From: a bacterium
Lineage (GTDB): Archaea > Thermoplasmatota > Thermoplasmata > Thermoplasmatales > Thermoplasmataceae
Reading direction: 5' to 3'
DNA: 64,000 nucleotides
Assembly (NCBI GenBank): GCA_027368075.1
Contig: DAICSO010000002.1
Location: 10,620 to 74,619, forward strand
The notes below the pieces were generated by a model. It was not told where the DNA came from, did not search any database, and saw only the letters and a program-made list of their open reading frames with translations. The position numbers were made by a program, and so were the translations under genes. This document shows, piece after piece, positions 30,975-41,204 of this stretch (positions are counted from its first letter, which is position 1; the number at the start of each line of letters is the position of its first letter).

Positions 30975-31065
30975 ATGGGCTGATCATTAACACTTTTAAA
31001 TGCTTTTTCATAACCTCATGAAAATTGTGTTGTACACGATGCAGGTCTCTACAAATGAAGTGACC

Positions 31066-31470
31066 TTAGATATCAAAAATTATCCTTGCATATCCTTTTG
31101 ATGTGTTTACCTCCAGATCATGATAGGTCACAGCTTTCAGGACGTATTCGTAACTCATTCCCTCCCTTATTTTCATGCCTTTCAACTCTGCATTAATACT
31201 TCCTGCTGTTATTGAGAGGCTGTTAATGTCAAAAAATATCACCCCATCTGAATCGATCCTTTGTACGACCAGTGAAAGCAAGTTCAAGAGCAGATCCTCG
31301 TTTGTGGCGCCTTCCACCTGTACCGTCTCCGTGATATCAGCTTGAAATCCAGTGTCTGGGAAGACGAGTTCGGAAAGTGCAAAGACGGAGTTTTTCAAAA
31401 TCTCGTTAAAATCAGAACCGTAAACAATAATACCGACATCGCCGGTATGATCGATAATTTCAAATTTCAA
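31066..31470 (-). CDS. Archease
   Basis: DHTGDVG, KAVTYH, C-terminal IFDI. Confidence 0.92.
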   Translation of the reverse strand: MKFEIIDHTGDVGIIVYGSDFNEILKNSVFALSELVFPDTGFQADITETVQVEGATNEDLLLNLLSLVVQRIDSDGVIFFDINSLSITAGSINAELKGMKIREGMSYEYVLKAVTYHDLEVNTSKGYARIIFDI

Positions 31471-31506
31471 TAAAAAAGATATATTGGTAAAATAAAAAAT
31501 TTGTGA

Positions 31507-33324
31507 TTACTGTGGCTTCTCAGATGATATCACAGGAATGGGCTCATCAAGGTTGAGACCGATCTCATCCGTCGCGAGTTTCCTTCCTATGCTTTTCTCA
31601 TAGAAGTCTATTATGTTCTTCTTGTCTTCCTTTGTGTAGTCCCTGAAATATTTGTCTTTCTTGAGTATCTTCCCAGTTCTCTCCTCGTATGTCTTTGCCG
31701 GGATGGAGTACTTCCTCTGGGTTGCATCCCTGTAAAGCTCAGGTATCACATTGAAGGCACAGAATGGCACAACTCTTCCATCAGGCATTGCATAGTGGAT
31801 ATCACATCTCTCGACCCTGTCAACATCGTATGTGTAAGGATCCATGAAGTGCATGAATCCTATGAACATAGACTTGTAGTGGAACGCCTTGAGACCATGG
31901 TAATCGCCCTCTGTGAAAGCGTTGTAGACCATATCCTTCAGCTTGAAGTCCTTAGGAGCTTTCTCGTAGTCGACAAATTTCTTCAGCTTCAGGAGCAGCT
32001 TTGCAACAGACTCGGTTTTCTTGAGTCTCTTGTAGCTGGATGCCTTGATCTCATCTCCCAGCTCACCCATATACTCGAACATACCCTTCACGTCTATGAA
32101 GCGCGTGATTGGGGTAACCTTGTCGCCATCCTTGAATATGTATGTACCCATTCCGCAGGCGAAATGGATAGACAGTTTGTAGGTTTCCTGGCCCTTTAGT
32201 GCCTCCACGAAGTTTGAAACCTTGGTGGTAGCTGGCACTGTGAAGAAGTCCTCTCTTCCTATCATTCCATCGGTCTGCTGCTCTATTTTCTTTATAGCCC
32301 CAGGTATCGTTACTCTCTGTTTTTCCCTCATCCTGTCAGGCATCCTGCCAACAAGACTTACGGGCTGGAAGTTAACTGCCCTAACCACATCTATGTTTGA
32401 CAAGCCGAATCTTATTATGTCACCGAGGTAACTGTCGTTGATTCCGCCTATAACTGTGGGCACCAGAACAACACCAAGCGGGGCTTTCCTGTAATTCTCA
32501 AGAGCTGCAGGTATCTCCCAGAAGTTCTTTGGGTTAGATCTGGGGGTTGGGCCGTCAAAACTCGTGTATATAACATTGGAGCCGGCTTCCCTGACTTTTT
32601 TGGGGAAATCCGGATCGAAGGCAGCCCTGATGCTGTTTGTGTTCAGCTGTATATGCTCGTATCCCTCTTCCTTGGCTATCTTTATGATATCTATGATATC
32701 GTCCCTTATGGTAGGCTCTCCGCCGGTTATCTGGACGGCGTTTGCACCCACAGGTTTCTCGTTTCTCATTCTCCTGAGCATCATTCTTACCTGGTCCTGC
32801 GACGGCTCGTATATTGGCTCATTCTCCTTCGCATAGAAGAAGCAGTACCAGCACGAAAGATCACAGCGGTTTGTTACAACTACATTGCCCAGACCAGTAT
32901 GTGACTTGTGCTTTACACACAGACCACAGTGAGTGGGGCATATAATTTTCTCCTCGAGGAATGCAACGTGCGGATTGAGGATCTTAACTCCCTTGTCCTG
33001 GAATTTCTTTGCTTCCTGGTACATGTCGTAGTCTTCCCAGTACTTTTCCTTGGTTACGCCATGTTCAGCGCATTCCTTTATTAGCTTAACCTCTCCGCCA
33101 TTCTCATAAACCACAGCCGGAATCCTCATCTGATCAAATTTCTCATCATCAACGCAAAGCGGGCACAGACTCTCTGTTACCCTAAGGACCATCATGTCTG
33201 ATGTAATGAGATGGCCAAGACGCTTTACAAATTCGTCAACTGTCTTGAAGGGCGCGTTCTTGCTTATCTCGAAATCGCTCGCAAAACGGATTTCGGGATA
33301 CTTATTCATCTCTTCAGTGATCAT
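31507..33324 (-). CDS. tes: Tetraether lipid synthase (radical SAM, MJ0619/Tes family)
   Basis: TESLCPLC...KEC.EHG, CP..CGLC..H, TNRCDLSCWYCF (CxxxCxxC), HFACG, MHFMDPY.YDV.RVERC.IHY..PDG..VPFC. Confidence 0.88.
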   Translation of the reverse strand: MITEEMNKYPEIRFASDFEISKNAPFKTVDEFVKRLGHLITSDMMVLRVTESLCPLCVDDEKFDQMRIPAVVYENGGEVKLIKECAEHGVTKEKYWEDYDMYQEAKKFQDKGVKILNPHVAFLEEKIICPTHCGLCVKHKSHTGLGNVVVTNRCDLSCWYCFFYAKENEPIYEPSQDQVRMMLRRMRNEKPVGANAVQITGGEPTIRDDIIDIIKIAKEEGYEHIQLNTNSIRAAFDPDFPKKVREAGSNVIYTSFDGPTPRSNPKNFWEIPAALENYRKAPLGVVLVPTVIGGINDSYLGDIIRFGLSNIDVVRAVNFQPVSLVGRMPDRMREKQRVTIPGAIKKIEQQTDGMIGREDFFTVPATTKVSNFVEALKGQETYKLSIHFACGMGTYIFKDGDKVTPITRFIDVKGMFEYMGELGDEIKASSYKRLKKTESVAKLLLKLKKFVDYEKAPKDFKLKDMVYNAFTEGDYHGLKAFHYKSMFIGFMHFMDPYTYDVDRVERCDIHYAMPDGRVVPFCAFNVIPELYRDATQRKYSIPAKTYEERTGKILKKDKYFRDYTKEDKKNIIDFYEKSIGRKLATDEIGLNLDEPIPVISSEKPQ

Positions 33325-33696
33325 CTTTCATTTCACCTATTGCTTTAGGGAACAACTTTACTCATATTAAAAGTATTTTGTAGTTAACGGTACTAATTAG
33401 GCTCCATGGCAATTAGCTACCGGACATACAAAGCAGAAATTTATATATAAAAAACTGTCATAATTCGTTAACGATTGCAATATACGATCCTGTGAATTTA
33501 AATGACCTGTTTTTCCGTTTCTTCCTGGAAACCCAATCCATTGGCTTGTTAATCATCTGAATAATAAAGATCATAATTTAGGTAACAATACTGGACTTCT
33601 ATTCTGATTTTAAGCTACAATAATTGGATAATAACATTGATTTCATCTATCGCAAATCTTAAAGAATAAATACCTCTGAGTGTATACAGTGCCCGA

Positions 33697-33769
33697 GCGG
33701 GTGTGGTGTAGCCTGGTAACACGCGAGCTTGCCAAGCTCGTGCCTCGGGTCCAAATCCCGGCACCCGCA
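33697..33769 (+). tRNA. tRNA-Gly(GCC)
   Basis: GCGGGTG/CACCCGC acceptor stem, CGAGC-TT-GCC-AA-GCTCG anticodon arm. The T-loop reads TCCAAAT. Confidence 0.92.
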
Positions 33770-33790
33770 TCTCTGGGGCCTTTGTTTATT

Positions 33791-34594
33791 TCAAGCATCT
33801 TTGTGATCTATGCCGATTTGTGATAGAAACAACAGCCCGGAAGTTCTGCGAATTGAATCCACAACTTCACGGCTGTTTCCGTCAAACTCCGGGATGATAA
33901 TCTTACAATCCGGCTTATCAACATGCCTGCGCCCAAACCTGTTGCATATTTTGAAATCAACCGGAAGGCCCATTCTATGAAAGTCTTTCTCTATTTCACC
34001 CGCCTGCATTCTACTCAGATCATCATCTCCCGTGACGAGGAAAAAATGTGAACTTTCAAGTCGATTCCAGACATGGTTCGCCAGTTCTCTCCACTGGTCT
34101 AGCACCTTCAGCATCTTGTGCGATCCAAACTTGTCCTTAACCTTCAGATAGAATTGTATATCCCTGCCAATGTGGTTGTAAAAATCCTGTTCAAGCGTAA
34201 GAAGATGCATTGTTGCAGATGAGGCAGCGGTATCCCAGACCACGTAATCATATTTTCCTGAATCCTCAAGATCTACGATGCTGGATATCATGAATTCCTC
34301 CGGAACCCCTGGGGCGCTTGCAATGTGGCTTAGTATGGAACGGTCGGTGTTTATGAATTCACTCAGTATTGCAAAAACGTCTTCACCGTACTTCTGAATC
34401 CATTTCTCGGCTATTTCGCTTTCCTTCAACTCGACTATTTCCAGTTTATCATCTCTTGTGAGAAGATACTTAAGAGATGGCATGAAATCCGTCGAAACCG
34501 CAATGGTCCTGCCGATGCTTGCCAGTTCCATGGCATAGGCTGCGGCGATTGTAGTCTTTCCGACTCCGCCTTTCCCTATGAAAGAGAGTATCAT
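33791..34594 (-). CDS. ArsA/GET3-family ATPase (single domain)
   Basis: GKGGVGKTT, STD..PSL, APG..E, YDYVVWDTA. Confidence 0.85.
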   Translation of the reverse strand: MILSFIGKGGVGKTTIAAAYAMELASIGRTIAVSTDFMPSLKYLLTRDDKLEIVELKESEIAEKWIQKYGEDVFAILSEFINTDRSILSHIASAPGVPEEFMISSIVDLEDSGKYDYVVWDTAASSATMHLLTLEQDFYNHIGRDIQFYLKVKDKFGSHKMLKVLDQWRELANHVWNRLESSHFFLVTGDDDLSRMQAGEIEKDFHRMGLPVDFKICNRFGRRHVDKPDCKIIIPEFDGNSREVVDSIRRTSGLLFLSQIGIDHKDA

Positions 34595-34688
34595 ATTTGA
34601 TAATAAGGACAGCGATAATAACTGTAGACCCTAACAATTCAGCCAGAGCCTCTTCAATAATAATATAGGGTTGTGGAATTATCTGCTC

Positions 34689-35519
34689 ATGGTTACGCTG
34701 GTAGATGGAGTGAGCCTGGCAAGGATAGATAGGGTTGGTGCATACATAGATTCCCTCCAGCTTAAAGGGAGGCAAATACTCATGCCATCACCTGATGGCC
34801 GGGAAACCCATGGCGGATGTGCAGTAATGATTCCCTTTGCCAATCGCATAAGAAATGGAGTATATAGCTGGGAGAATCATACATACAGCCTACCCAGGAA
34901 CGATGGACTGAACAGTATCCACGGCCTGGTGAGGCATGAAAAATGGGAGTATGCAAACGAAGAGGAACAGAATCACAATTCTACGACACTTCAATACAGG
35001 TTAGCAAGTACTGGTTATCCTACGATCCTTGAAATAGTGAATGCCTACTCTCTGGGAAGGGACTTCTTCAACATCACCACAACAATCAAGAACACAGGGG
35101 AAATCAGCTCGCCACTGGTGGTTGGATTTCATCCCTATTTCAATTTCCAGGGCAGATGGCAACTCAAGCATGACTCCGAAATCATGATGTTAAACTACAG
35201 GGATCGGCACTTTCCGGATGGATCTACCTTGCAGGTGAATTTCAATGATGATGAAGCAATGCACCAGAGAAGCTTCGATAACTGTTTCGTCGGCGGAGGA
35301 AATTTGGTATTTTCAGCCGGCAATTATGACATCAGGATCACCAGGAGAAACATGAACTATTTTGTCCTGTATAACGGCCAGTATTCAAGCGGGCAGTCTG
35401 TGGCAATAGAGCCCATGACCGGTGCTCCAGATGCTTTCAACAACCAGATCGGGCTAGTTACGATTGAGCCCCAAAAAACCTTCGATTGCGGCTTCAGGAT
35501 AGACTTGATGGAAAGATGA
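34689..35519 (+). CDS. Aldose 1-epimerase (galactose mutarotase-like)
   Basis: PFANRI..G.Y, NSIHG, GFHPYF, FDNCF, VAIEPMTG.PDAFN. Confidence 0.88.
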   Translation: MVTLVDGVSLARIDRVGAYIDSLQLKGRQILMPSPDGRETHGGCAVMIPFANRIRNGVYSWENHTYSLPRNDGLNSIHGLVRHEKWEYANEEEQNHNSTTLQYRLASTGYPTILEIVNAYSLGRDFFNITTTIKNTGEISSPLVVGFHPYFNFQGRWQLKHDSEIMMLNYRDRHFPDGSTLQVNFNDDEAMHQRSFDNCFVGGGNLVFSAGNYDIRITRRNMNYFVLYNGQYSSGQSVAIEPMTGAPDAFNNQIGLVTIEPQKTFDCGFRIDLMER

Positions 35520-35536
35520 CTCCCTCCCGATCACAA

Positions 35537-36379
35537 TCACTGCTTTCTGAAAACCCTCATCGTTGAAGATCCGTCGAATATATAATACGGAAATGGCTCG
35601 CTGACTGAAACATCGACACCGTAATCCCTGTAATATGGAGCCAGATTATATCCCGTTTCGGCGAAAACCAGCACAGAAGTGTTGTTTTCCCTGGCAGTTT
35701 CGATTATTTCACTCAGTGTTCGTGTGGATATTACCATTCCTGTTACTATAGCAACATCTGCTTTCTTCAGGAACTCCTTATTATACCGGTTTCCGTCAAA
35801 TATGTCAACCTGCCCCTTGGTGCTCAATAATTCCTCTTCCAGGTCAGTTACTAGATACTCAGGATTGAATGATTTTGTCAGGATTGTATAGAATGTCCCC
35901 ACATATCCGATGTTCAAAACAACGGGCACCTTGGACTTTAGTTCAGACCTTGCCTGTTTGCCGTTTATAATCCTCGAAACCTCACTTGCGATAATTTCAG
36001 CTCTGTACCTCGACTTGGATGTCGAATCGCCGCTGATCTCCACCTCCAGATCGGGCTTGATCCTCGGAGTATCATAGACGGAGTCGAGGATTGCAACCTT
36101 TAGAGGGAAAGCGGAATCATTATCCATATCGACCTCGTTTAGTGTTTTGCCAATTATGGTACGGTCTATTCCAAAGGATTCATTGGGAGCTGCATAACAT
36201 GAACCCTGGCCATATGTTGTCTGGACGACGATAACCTTGTACGTGAATAATCGTTCATTCCTTGACGGCTTGAAATTCAGGTTGATCTCCCATATGCCCT
36301 TTATGGATATTTCATCAAAGTTTCTTTCCTTCCTGGCTCTCGCCAGAAGCGAGTCATATATCTTTTCCCTGTCACTCAT
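35537..36379 (-). CDS. DUF364 (Rossmann-like) family protein
   Basis: VAILDS, ADVAIVTGMVIST.TL, VFAETG, SEPFPYY. Confidence 0.6.
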   Translation of the reverse strand: MSDREKIYDSLLARARKERNFDEISIKGIWEINLNFKPSRNERLFTYKVIVVQTTYGQGSCYAAPNESFGIDRTIIGKTLNEVDMDNDSAFPLKVAILDSVYDTPRIKPDLEVEISGDSTSKSRYRAEIIASEVSRIINGKQARSELKSKVPVVLNIGYVGTFYTILTKSFNPEYLVTDLEEELLSTKGQVDIFDGNRYNKEFLKKADVAIVTGMVISTRTLSEIIETARENNTSVLVFAETGYNLAPYYRDYGVDVSVSEPFPYYIFDGSSTMRVFRKQ

Positions 36380-36538
36380 AAAAGCACCATGATGTTAAAA
36401 AGACACTGCTTGAACAGCGCCCGCAAAAAACCGATAGCATTCTTCCATTTAACCTTTATCGGATGTTCCCATGAAATTCAAAAAAATTTTCCTCAATTAA
36501 CTAACAAAGTTTTAACCACGCCTAAAAATGAAGTCACC

Positions 36539-37849
36539 ATGGAAGAAAATGCTTACGGAGATCATGTTCTGAACAGCGAAGGGTTCGAGAGAGAAGGTTG
36601 TGATTATACATACAATGGATTAAGCCTGGCTTCATTGATATCCCGCATAGAAACTCCATCCTATATCTATTTCCTGGAGATCCTGACCCGCAAGATACAG
36701 GAATTGAGGAAATTTTTGGCATCAGTTAAGGCATCGGGGACAGATATTTTCTACTCCGTGAAAGCGAACCCCGCATCCCAGATCCTAACTACCATACTGG
36801 AAAGCGGCCTGAATGTTGAAGTCTCATCAATGGGAGAATTGGATCATGTCATGAAGACTGGATTCAACCCTGAAAGAATAATTCTACTTGGCCCTGGCAA
36901 GGATGAAGACCTGATCAGGAGAGCGTCAGAAATGCATATCAGGGGGATAATCGCCGAGTCCTTCCGGGAGCTGGAATTGATCAGAAAGTATTATGATGGA
37001 AATATGGTCGTTTTGGTAAGGCTTAACATGGAGGACGAGACTTCAAGGGCACTTGAGAGCATGTCTGGATCTGAAAGCAAGTTTGGGATTGACGTGAAGA
37101 ATCTGGATGAGATTGTCCAGAAATCCAGTTTTGTTCCGGACGGTAACTTTGGATTCCAGTACTACCTCGGTAGCCAGGTTCTGGACTACAAGGAGTCACT
37201 ACGGCTTCATGAAAAAATGTTATCATACATGCGGAAAGTCAGGGAACGCGTTGATTACATAGACCTTGGAGGCGGATTTGGAGTGCCCATGACTGAAAAG
37301 GATGTGCAGTTTGATTTTAAGCTGTTTTCCTCCGGGCTCAACCGGATACTCAGGGACAATGGACTGGACGGAAAGAAAATATGGTTTGAGTCGGGTAGAT
37401 TTCTTGTTGCGGATTGCGGTCTCTTCGTGACAAGAATAGTGGACATAAAGACTGCCGGTAATGGTGTAACTACGCTGACAACAGATGGTGGAATGAACAA
37501 TTTTTTCAGGATTGCTTTCCTTGGTGCAGAGCATCCAATCAGGGTCATTGGCAGCGGTACCTCATTAACGCTAAAGCATGCCACTGTCTGTGGACCTCTT
37601 TGCACGCCAATAGACTGTTTCGGAAAGAATATCCCCATACCGGATTGCGTAAGAGAGGGAGACGCAGTTCTGATATTCAAGGCCGGGGCATACGGCCTGA
37701 GCATGAGCCCGGTGCTTTTTCTTCTTCAGAAAGTGCCGGGGGAGTATGCTGTGAAAAATAATAAATTGAGCGGATCATATCACCCTCCGATCGGCGCCGA
37801 AACTGTGCTCAATTTCATTTACGCACGGGATGGAAGTGAACTTCATTGA
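36539..37849 (+). CDS. Fold-type III PLP-dependent decarboxylase (LysA/BtrK-like)
   Basis: YSVKANP (PLP lysine), EVSSMGE, GPGK, SKFGID, DLGGGFG, ESGRFLV, DGGMN, GPLCTPID, AGAYG. Start ATG 36539. Confidence 0.85.
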   Translation: MEENAYGDHVLNSEGFEREGCDYTYNGLSLASLISRIETPSYIYFLEILTRKIQELRKFLASVKASGTDIFYSVKANPASQILTTILESGLNVEVSSMGELDHVMKTGFNPERIILLGPGKDEDLIRRASEMHIRGIIAESFRELELIRKYYDGNMVVLVRLNMEDETSRALESMSGSESKFGIDVKNLDEIVQKSSFVPDGNFGFQYYLGSQVLDYKESLRLHEKMLSYMRKVRERVDYIDLGGGFGVPMTEKDVQFDFKLFSSGLNRILRDNGLDGKKIWFESGRFLVADCGLFVTRIVDIKTAGNGVTTLTTDGGMNNFFRIAFLGAEHPIRVIGSGTSLTLKHATVCGPLCTPIDCFGKNIPIPDCVREGDAVLIFKAGAYGLSMSPVLFLLQKVPGEYAVKNNKLSGSYHPPIGAETVLNFIYARDGSELH

Positions 37850-37894
37850 TCGTATACAATACATTTTTATTCGATTCTTGCTCTAACCTCTAGT

Positions 37895-38839
37895 TTGATA
37901 ACAATAGCCGATGTTGCCCTTGTGGTATTGTCACTGATTGCAGTTACGGTATCTCTCGCATACAACTGGAAGTTATTTCTCAGAAAATATGCACTCTCCA
38001 TTCCCGTAATTGCAGTTATATTTTTTGTCTACCATTCATTTCTTGTGTTTCCAATTTTTGTCCTGTCCCTGATCTCAGCGTCCATGCTTTACTCCCTGCA
38101 GTTCTATCTTCCATTCGCTGCTGATTTCGGTTTAATCCTGTATTTCCTTGCCGTTTATGGGAAAACCTCTAGCGCTACTCCCATAGACATAACAATATCC
38201 CTCGCAACTATTCTTGTCATGCTTGAGGACAAGAGAATAAGGGATTTTTCACACAGCAATGATCAGTCAAGAGGAATATCAAAGGAGAGGGAAATTAACC
38301 GAGACTATGTGCAAATAGGCATAGGCATTATTGTGCTTGTTTTTGTCCTCTCGCTGGGTTTGCATAATTCCGCCTGGATCCTTACCGTTGCAGTGCTTGC
38401 GCTTTATCTTTTAGGAAACTACTTCTCCAATAATGGAACTAACTATCTCGGAAATTTCCTGAATTCACTTGAGAGGGAAAGTACCCCGCTTGGTATAGGG
38501 GCAATATGGCTTGCCGCTGGCCTCCTGCTGGCTGTGGGGATAGTCAGGAATCTGGAAGTGCTGGCCATAATTATATTCATACTTATGGTGGGTGATTCTC
38601 TGGCGACAATTATTGGATCATCGGTGAGGTCACCAAAACTTCCGTACAACAGGAGAAAGTCGGTTGCCGGTTTGCTTGCAAATTTTATTCCTGCAGCCGT
38701 CTTCGCTTTTGTCCTCCTGGGATATGCTGGCATTGTATTTGCTGCGGTTGGGTCTGTTGTTGAAAGTGCCGCGAGATACCCCCTGGATGACAACTACATG
38801 ATTCCGCTGGTTCTCGCTGCGATGTCCTTTTTCATCTAA
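37895..38839 (+). CDS. Membrane CTP-dependent polyprenol/diacylglycerol kinase-like protein
   Basis: Multi-TM; EINR..VQ, GDSLATIIG, KS.AG, DDNY.IP. Confidence 0.72.
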   Translation: MITIADVALVVLSLIAVTVSLAYNWKLFLRKYALSIPVIAVIFFVYHSFLVFPIFVLSLISASMLYSLQFYLPFAADFGLILYFLAVYGKTSSATPIDITISLATILVMLEDKRIRDFSHSNDQSRGISKEREINRDYVQIGIGIIVLVFVLSLGLHNSAWILTVAVLALYLLGNYFSNNGTNYLGNFLNSLERESTPLGIGAIWLAAGLLLAVGIVRNLEVLAIIIFILMVGDSLATIIGSSVRSPKLPYNRRKSVAGLLANFIPAAVFAFVLLGYAGIVFAAVGSVVESAARYPLDDNYMIPLVLAAMSFFI

Positions 38840-39771
38840 GACCTTGGAATATAGAAGAATATCTCATCAGGCTGATTGGCATCAGTGAATCCCAAAGATT
38901 TGTAAAGCCGCTTTGCCGGATTTGTGTCAGAAACCCACAGGACTGCTTTCAGGTAGCCGAGTCTCTGCACCTCAAAGAGAGAACGCATCAGGAGAGCTTT
39001 ACCAATTCCCTTGCCTCTCAGTTCACCCCCAATGGCTATGTCCGCGAGAAGGGGTATTCCTCCGCCAGATCTCGGTCCTTCCCCAGAAGTGAAGATGATG
39101 TATCCGGAAAGCTTGTCTCCGGAGTATATTGAAAAAGAAGCGTCCTGGATTATCTTCCCATACTCACCGTTGAAGAGAGATTTTGCCGTTGCAAGGCTCT
39201 GTTCAGGTGTGGAACTGTAAAGTATTGCGTCTTCTGTCCCGAGATATGAGTGAAAGTTGAAATCCGAATAGGACTCTGGGGTTAGCGCCCCGAATGGAAG
39301 AATCTTTATGGATTCCGGGGTTTCAATCTTTCCGAACTCCAATTTATGCAGGTCTATCAGCATTCTTGTCCTTCTCATTCTTCTGAATCCCACATCGTAA
39401 AGCACTTTTTCCCAATCCCCTGTCGCGTTGAAAATCTCGTTCAACATTGGAATCTTTCTGTCGCGAAGTGACTCTGAACGTATCCATTCCACGAGATTCT
39501 TAAGCCTGGCCGCGGAATAGTATTTCTCATTCAAAAAACCGGCAGAAGCATATATTCCGTCAGGCATTTCTGTCGAATCCAAAAGATATGCATATGCCGC
39601 GACCTCTGTTCCAGCTATGACAACCCTTGATCGCAACTGGTTATTGGACAGCTTTTCTATAATGGGATCAAATGATTTTCTCACAGGGTAGTCCGGATAT
39701 TTCGATTCCGTGTATTCTATGTAATTTTTAAGTATGAGGTTCCAGTCGAGTTTTGCATTCTTGACTTCCAT
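38836..39771 (-). CDS. GNAT acetyltransferase (tandem domain)
   Basis: C-terminal RGKGIGKALL and N.PAKRLYKSLGF. Confidence 0.82.
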   Translation of the reverse strand: MEVKNAKLDWNLILKNYIEYTESKYPDYPVRKSFDPIIEKLSNNQLRSRVVIAGTEVAAYAYLLDSTEMPDGIYASAGFLNEKYYSAARLKNLVEWIRSESLRDRKIPMLNEIFNATGDWEKVLYDVGFRRMRRTRMLIDLHKLEFGKIETPESIKILPFGALTPESYSDFNFHSYLGTEDAILYSSTPEQSLATAKSLFNGEYGKIIQDASFSIYSGDKLSGYIIFTSGEGPRSGGGIPLLADIAIGGELRGKGIGKALLMRSLFEVQRLGYLKAVLWVSDTNPAKRLYKSLGFTDANQPDEIFFYIPRS

Positions 39772-39845
39772 GACAAGTAATGTAGAAGTATAATAAATCA
39801 GTAACCTCAGTTGTTAGAGCAGATGTATATAACAGAACGGGCAAT

Positions 39846-41204
39846 ATGGGTACGATCAGAATGAACGACGAGGAAAGGACCCGGATGTTCAACGAATCCG
39901 CAATTCGCCTATCCGAGTTATATAAAGGAAAGATAAATACCGTATCCAAGGTCCCTGTTCGCGATCTGAGAGATTTTTCCATATGGTACACCCCAGGTGT
40001 CGCTGCAGTTTCGCTCAAAATTGCAGCAAACCCAGAGCAGTCTTTCAACATGACTGGAAGGTGGAACAGTGTTGCGATACTCACTGATGGCACAAGAGTT
40101 CTCGGACTGGGAAACGTAGGACCCGAGGCAGCGATGCCGGTAATGGAGGGGAAAGCTCTGATTTTTAATTACCTGGGAGGAGTTAATGCAATTCCAATTC
40201 CCATGCGCGTCAAGACCCAGGATGAGTTCATAGCAGTGGCGAAGGCTCTTGAACCTTCATTTGGAGGATACAACATGGAGGACATTGAATCTCCCAAATG
40301 TTTCTTCATTCTGGAAAAATTACAGAAGACTTTAAACATCCCGGTCTGGCATGATGACCAGCTGGGAACTGCCTCGATAATACTTGCGGGACTGATCAAC
40401 TCGCTCAGGGTTACTGGAAGGAAAATAGCTGATTCCACGGTTCTGCTCATGGGATCAGGCGCTGCAAACATTGCCGCCGCCCACCTCCTTTTCGCTGCGG
40501 GATTTAAACCCGGGAATATCGTAATGGCAGATTCCAAGGGGATCCTGGAACCAGAACGCCAGGACATGGATTCACTGATGATCAATAACCCATGGAAATA
40601 TCAGCTTGCCATGACAACCAATGAAGGTCGCATCAAGGGCAACATTGAGAATGCATTCAAGGGAGCGGATGTGGTAATTTCTGCGTCTAAACCTGGTCCA
40701 GATACCATCAAGAAAGAGTGGATCTCTTCCATGAACAGCGACCCCATAGTATTTGCCCTGGCGAATCCAGTGCCAGAAATATGGCCACACGTAGCCATTG
40801 AAGCAGGTGCCAAGATAGTAGCGACAGGACGGGGGGATTTTCCGAACCAGATCAACAACAGCCTTATCTTTCCGGGAGTGTTCAGGGGAGTTCTTGACGC
40901 CGGGGCGAGAGGAGTGAATTTCCAGATCATGGTAGAGGCTGCCTATGAGATCGCTAATTTCGTAGAACAGCCATCCCCGGAAAGGATAGTTCCAACAATG
41001 GACGAGTGGGAACTCTATCCCAGAGTAGCCGCCGCAGTTGCATACAAGACAGTGGAGATGAGCCTCGCAAGAAAAAGTGATTCAAAACAGGGGTTTTTGA
41101 AGACAGCTACTGAAATCATTGAGAGCAATAGGAAGATCTATTCCAGGATGATGGAAAGCGGATTGATAAAGAATTATTTTGGAGATGATAAAAGTGGAAG
41201 ATAA
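39846..41204 (+). CDS. NAD(P)-dependent malic enzyme
   Basis: YTPGVA, TDGTRVLGLGNVG, PVMEGK, EDIESPKCF, HDDQLGT, ANPVPEI, TGRGDFPNQINN. Confidence 0.93.
   Translation: MGTIRMNDEERTRMFNESAIRLSELYKGKINTVSKVPVRDLRDFSIWYTPGVAAVSLKIAANPEQSFNMTGRWNSVAILTDGTRVLGLGNVGPEAAMPVMEGKALIFNYLGGVNAIPIPMRVKTQDEFIAVAKALEPSFGGYNMEDIESPKCFFILEKLQKTLNIPVWHDDQLGTASIILAGLINSLRVTGRKIADSTVLLMGSGAANIAAAHLLFAAGFKPGNIVMADSKGILEPERQDMDSLMINNPWKYQLAMTTNEGRIKGNIENAFKGADVVISASKPGPDTIKKEWISSMNSDPIVFALANPVPEIWPHVAIEAGAKIVATGRGDFPNQINNSLIFPGVFRGVLDAGARGVNFQIMVEAAYEIANFVEQPSPERIVPTMDEWELYPRVAAAVAYKTVEMSLARKSDSKQGFLKTATEIIESNRKIYSRMMESGLIKNYFGDDKSGR

Noticed and set aside
33325-33696. AT-rich 370-bp intergenic region with palindrome TCGTTAACGA, a possible origin
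   Set aside because: No ORB repeats or cdc6 gene seen; consistent with divergent tes/tRNA promoters.
36389-36538. 50-aa N-terminal extension of the decarboxylase
   Set aside because: Spans the divergent promoter region; ATG 36539 fits the family length.
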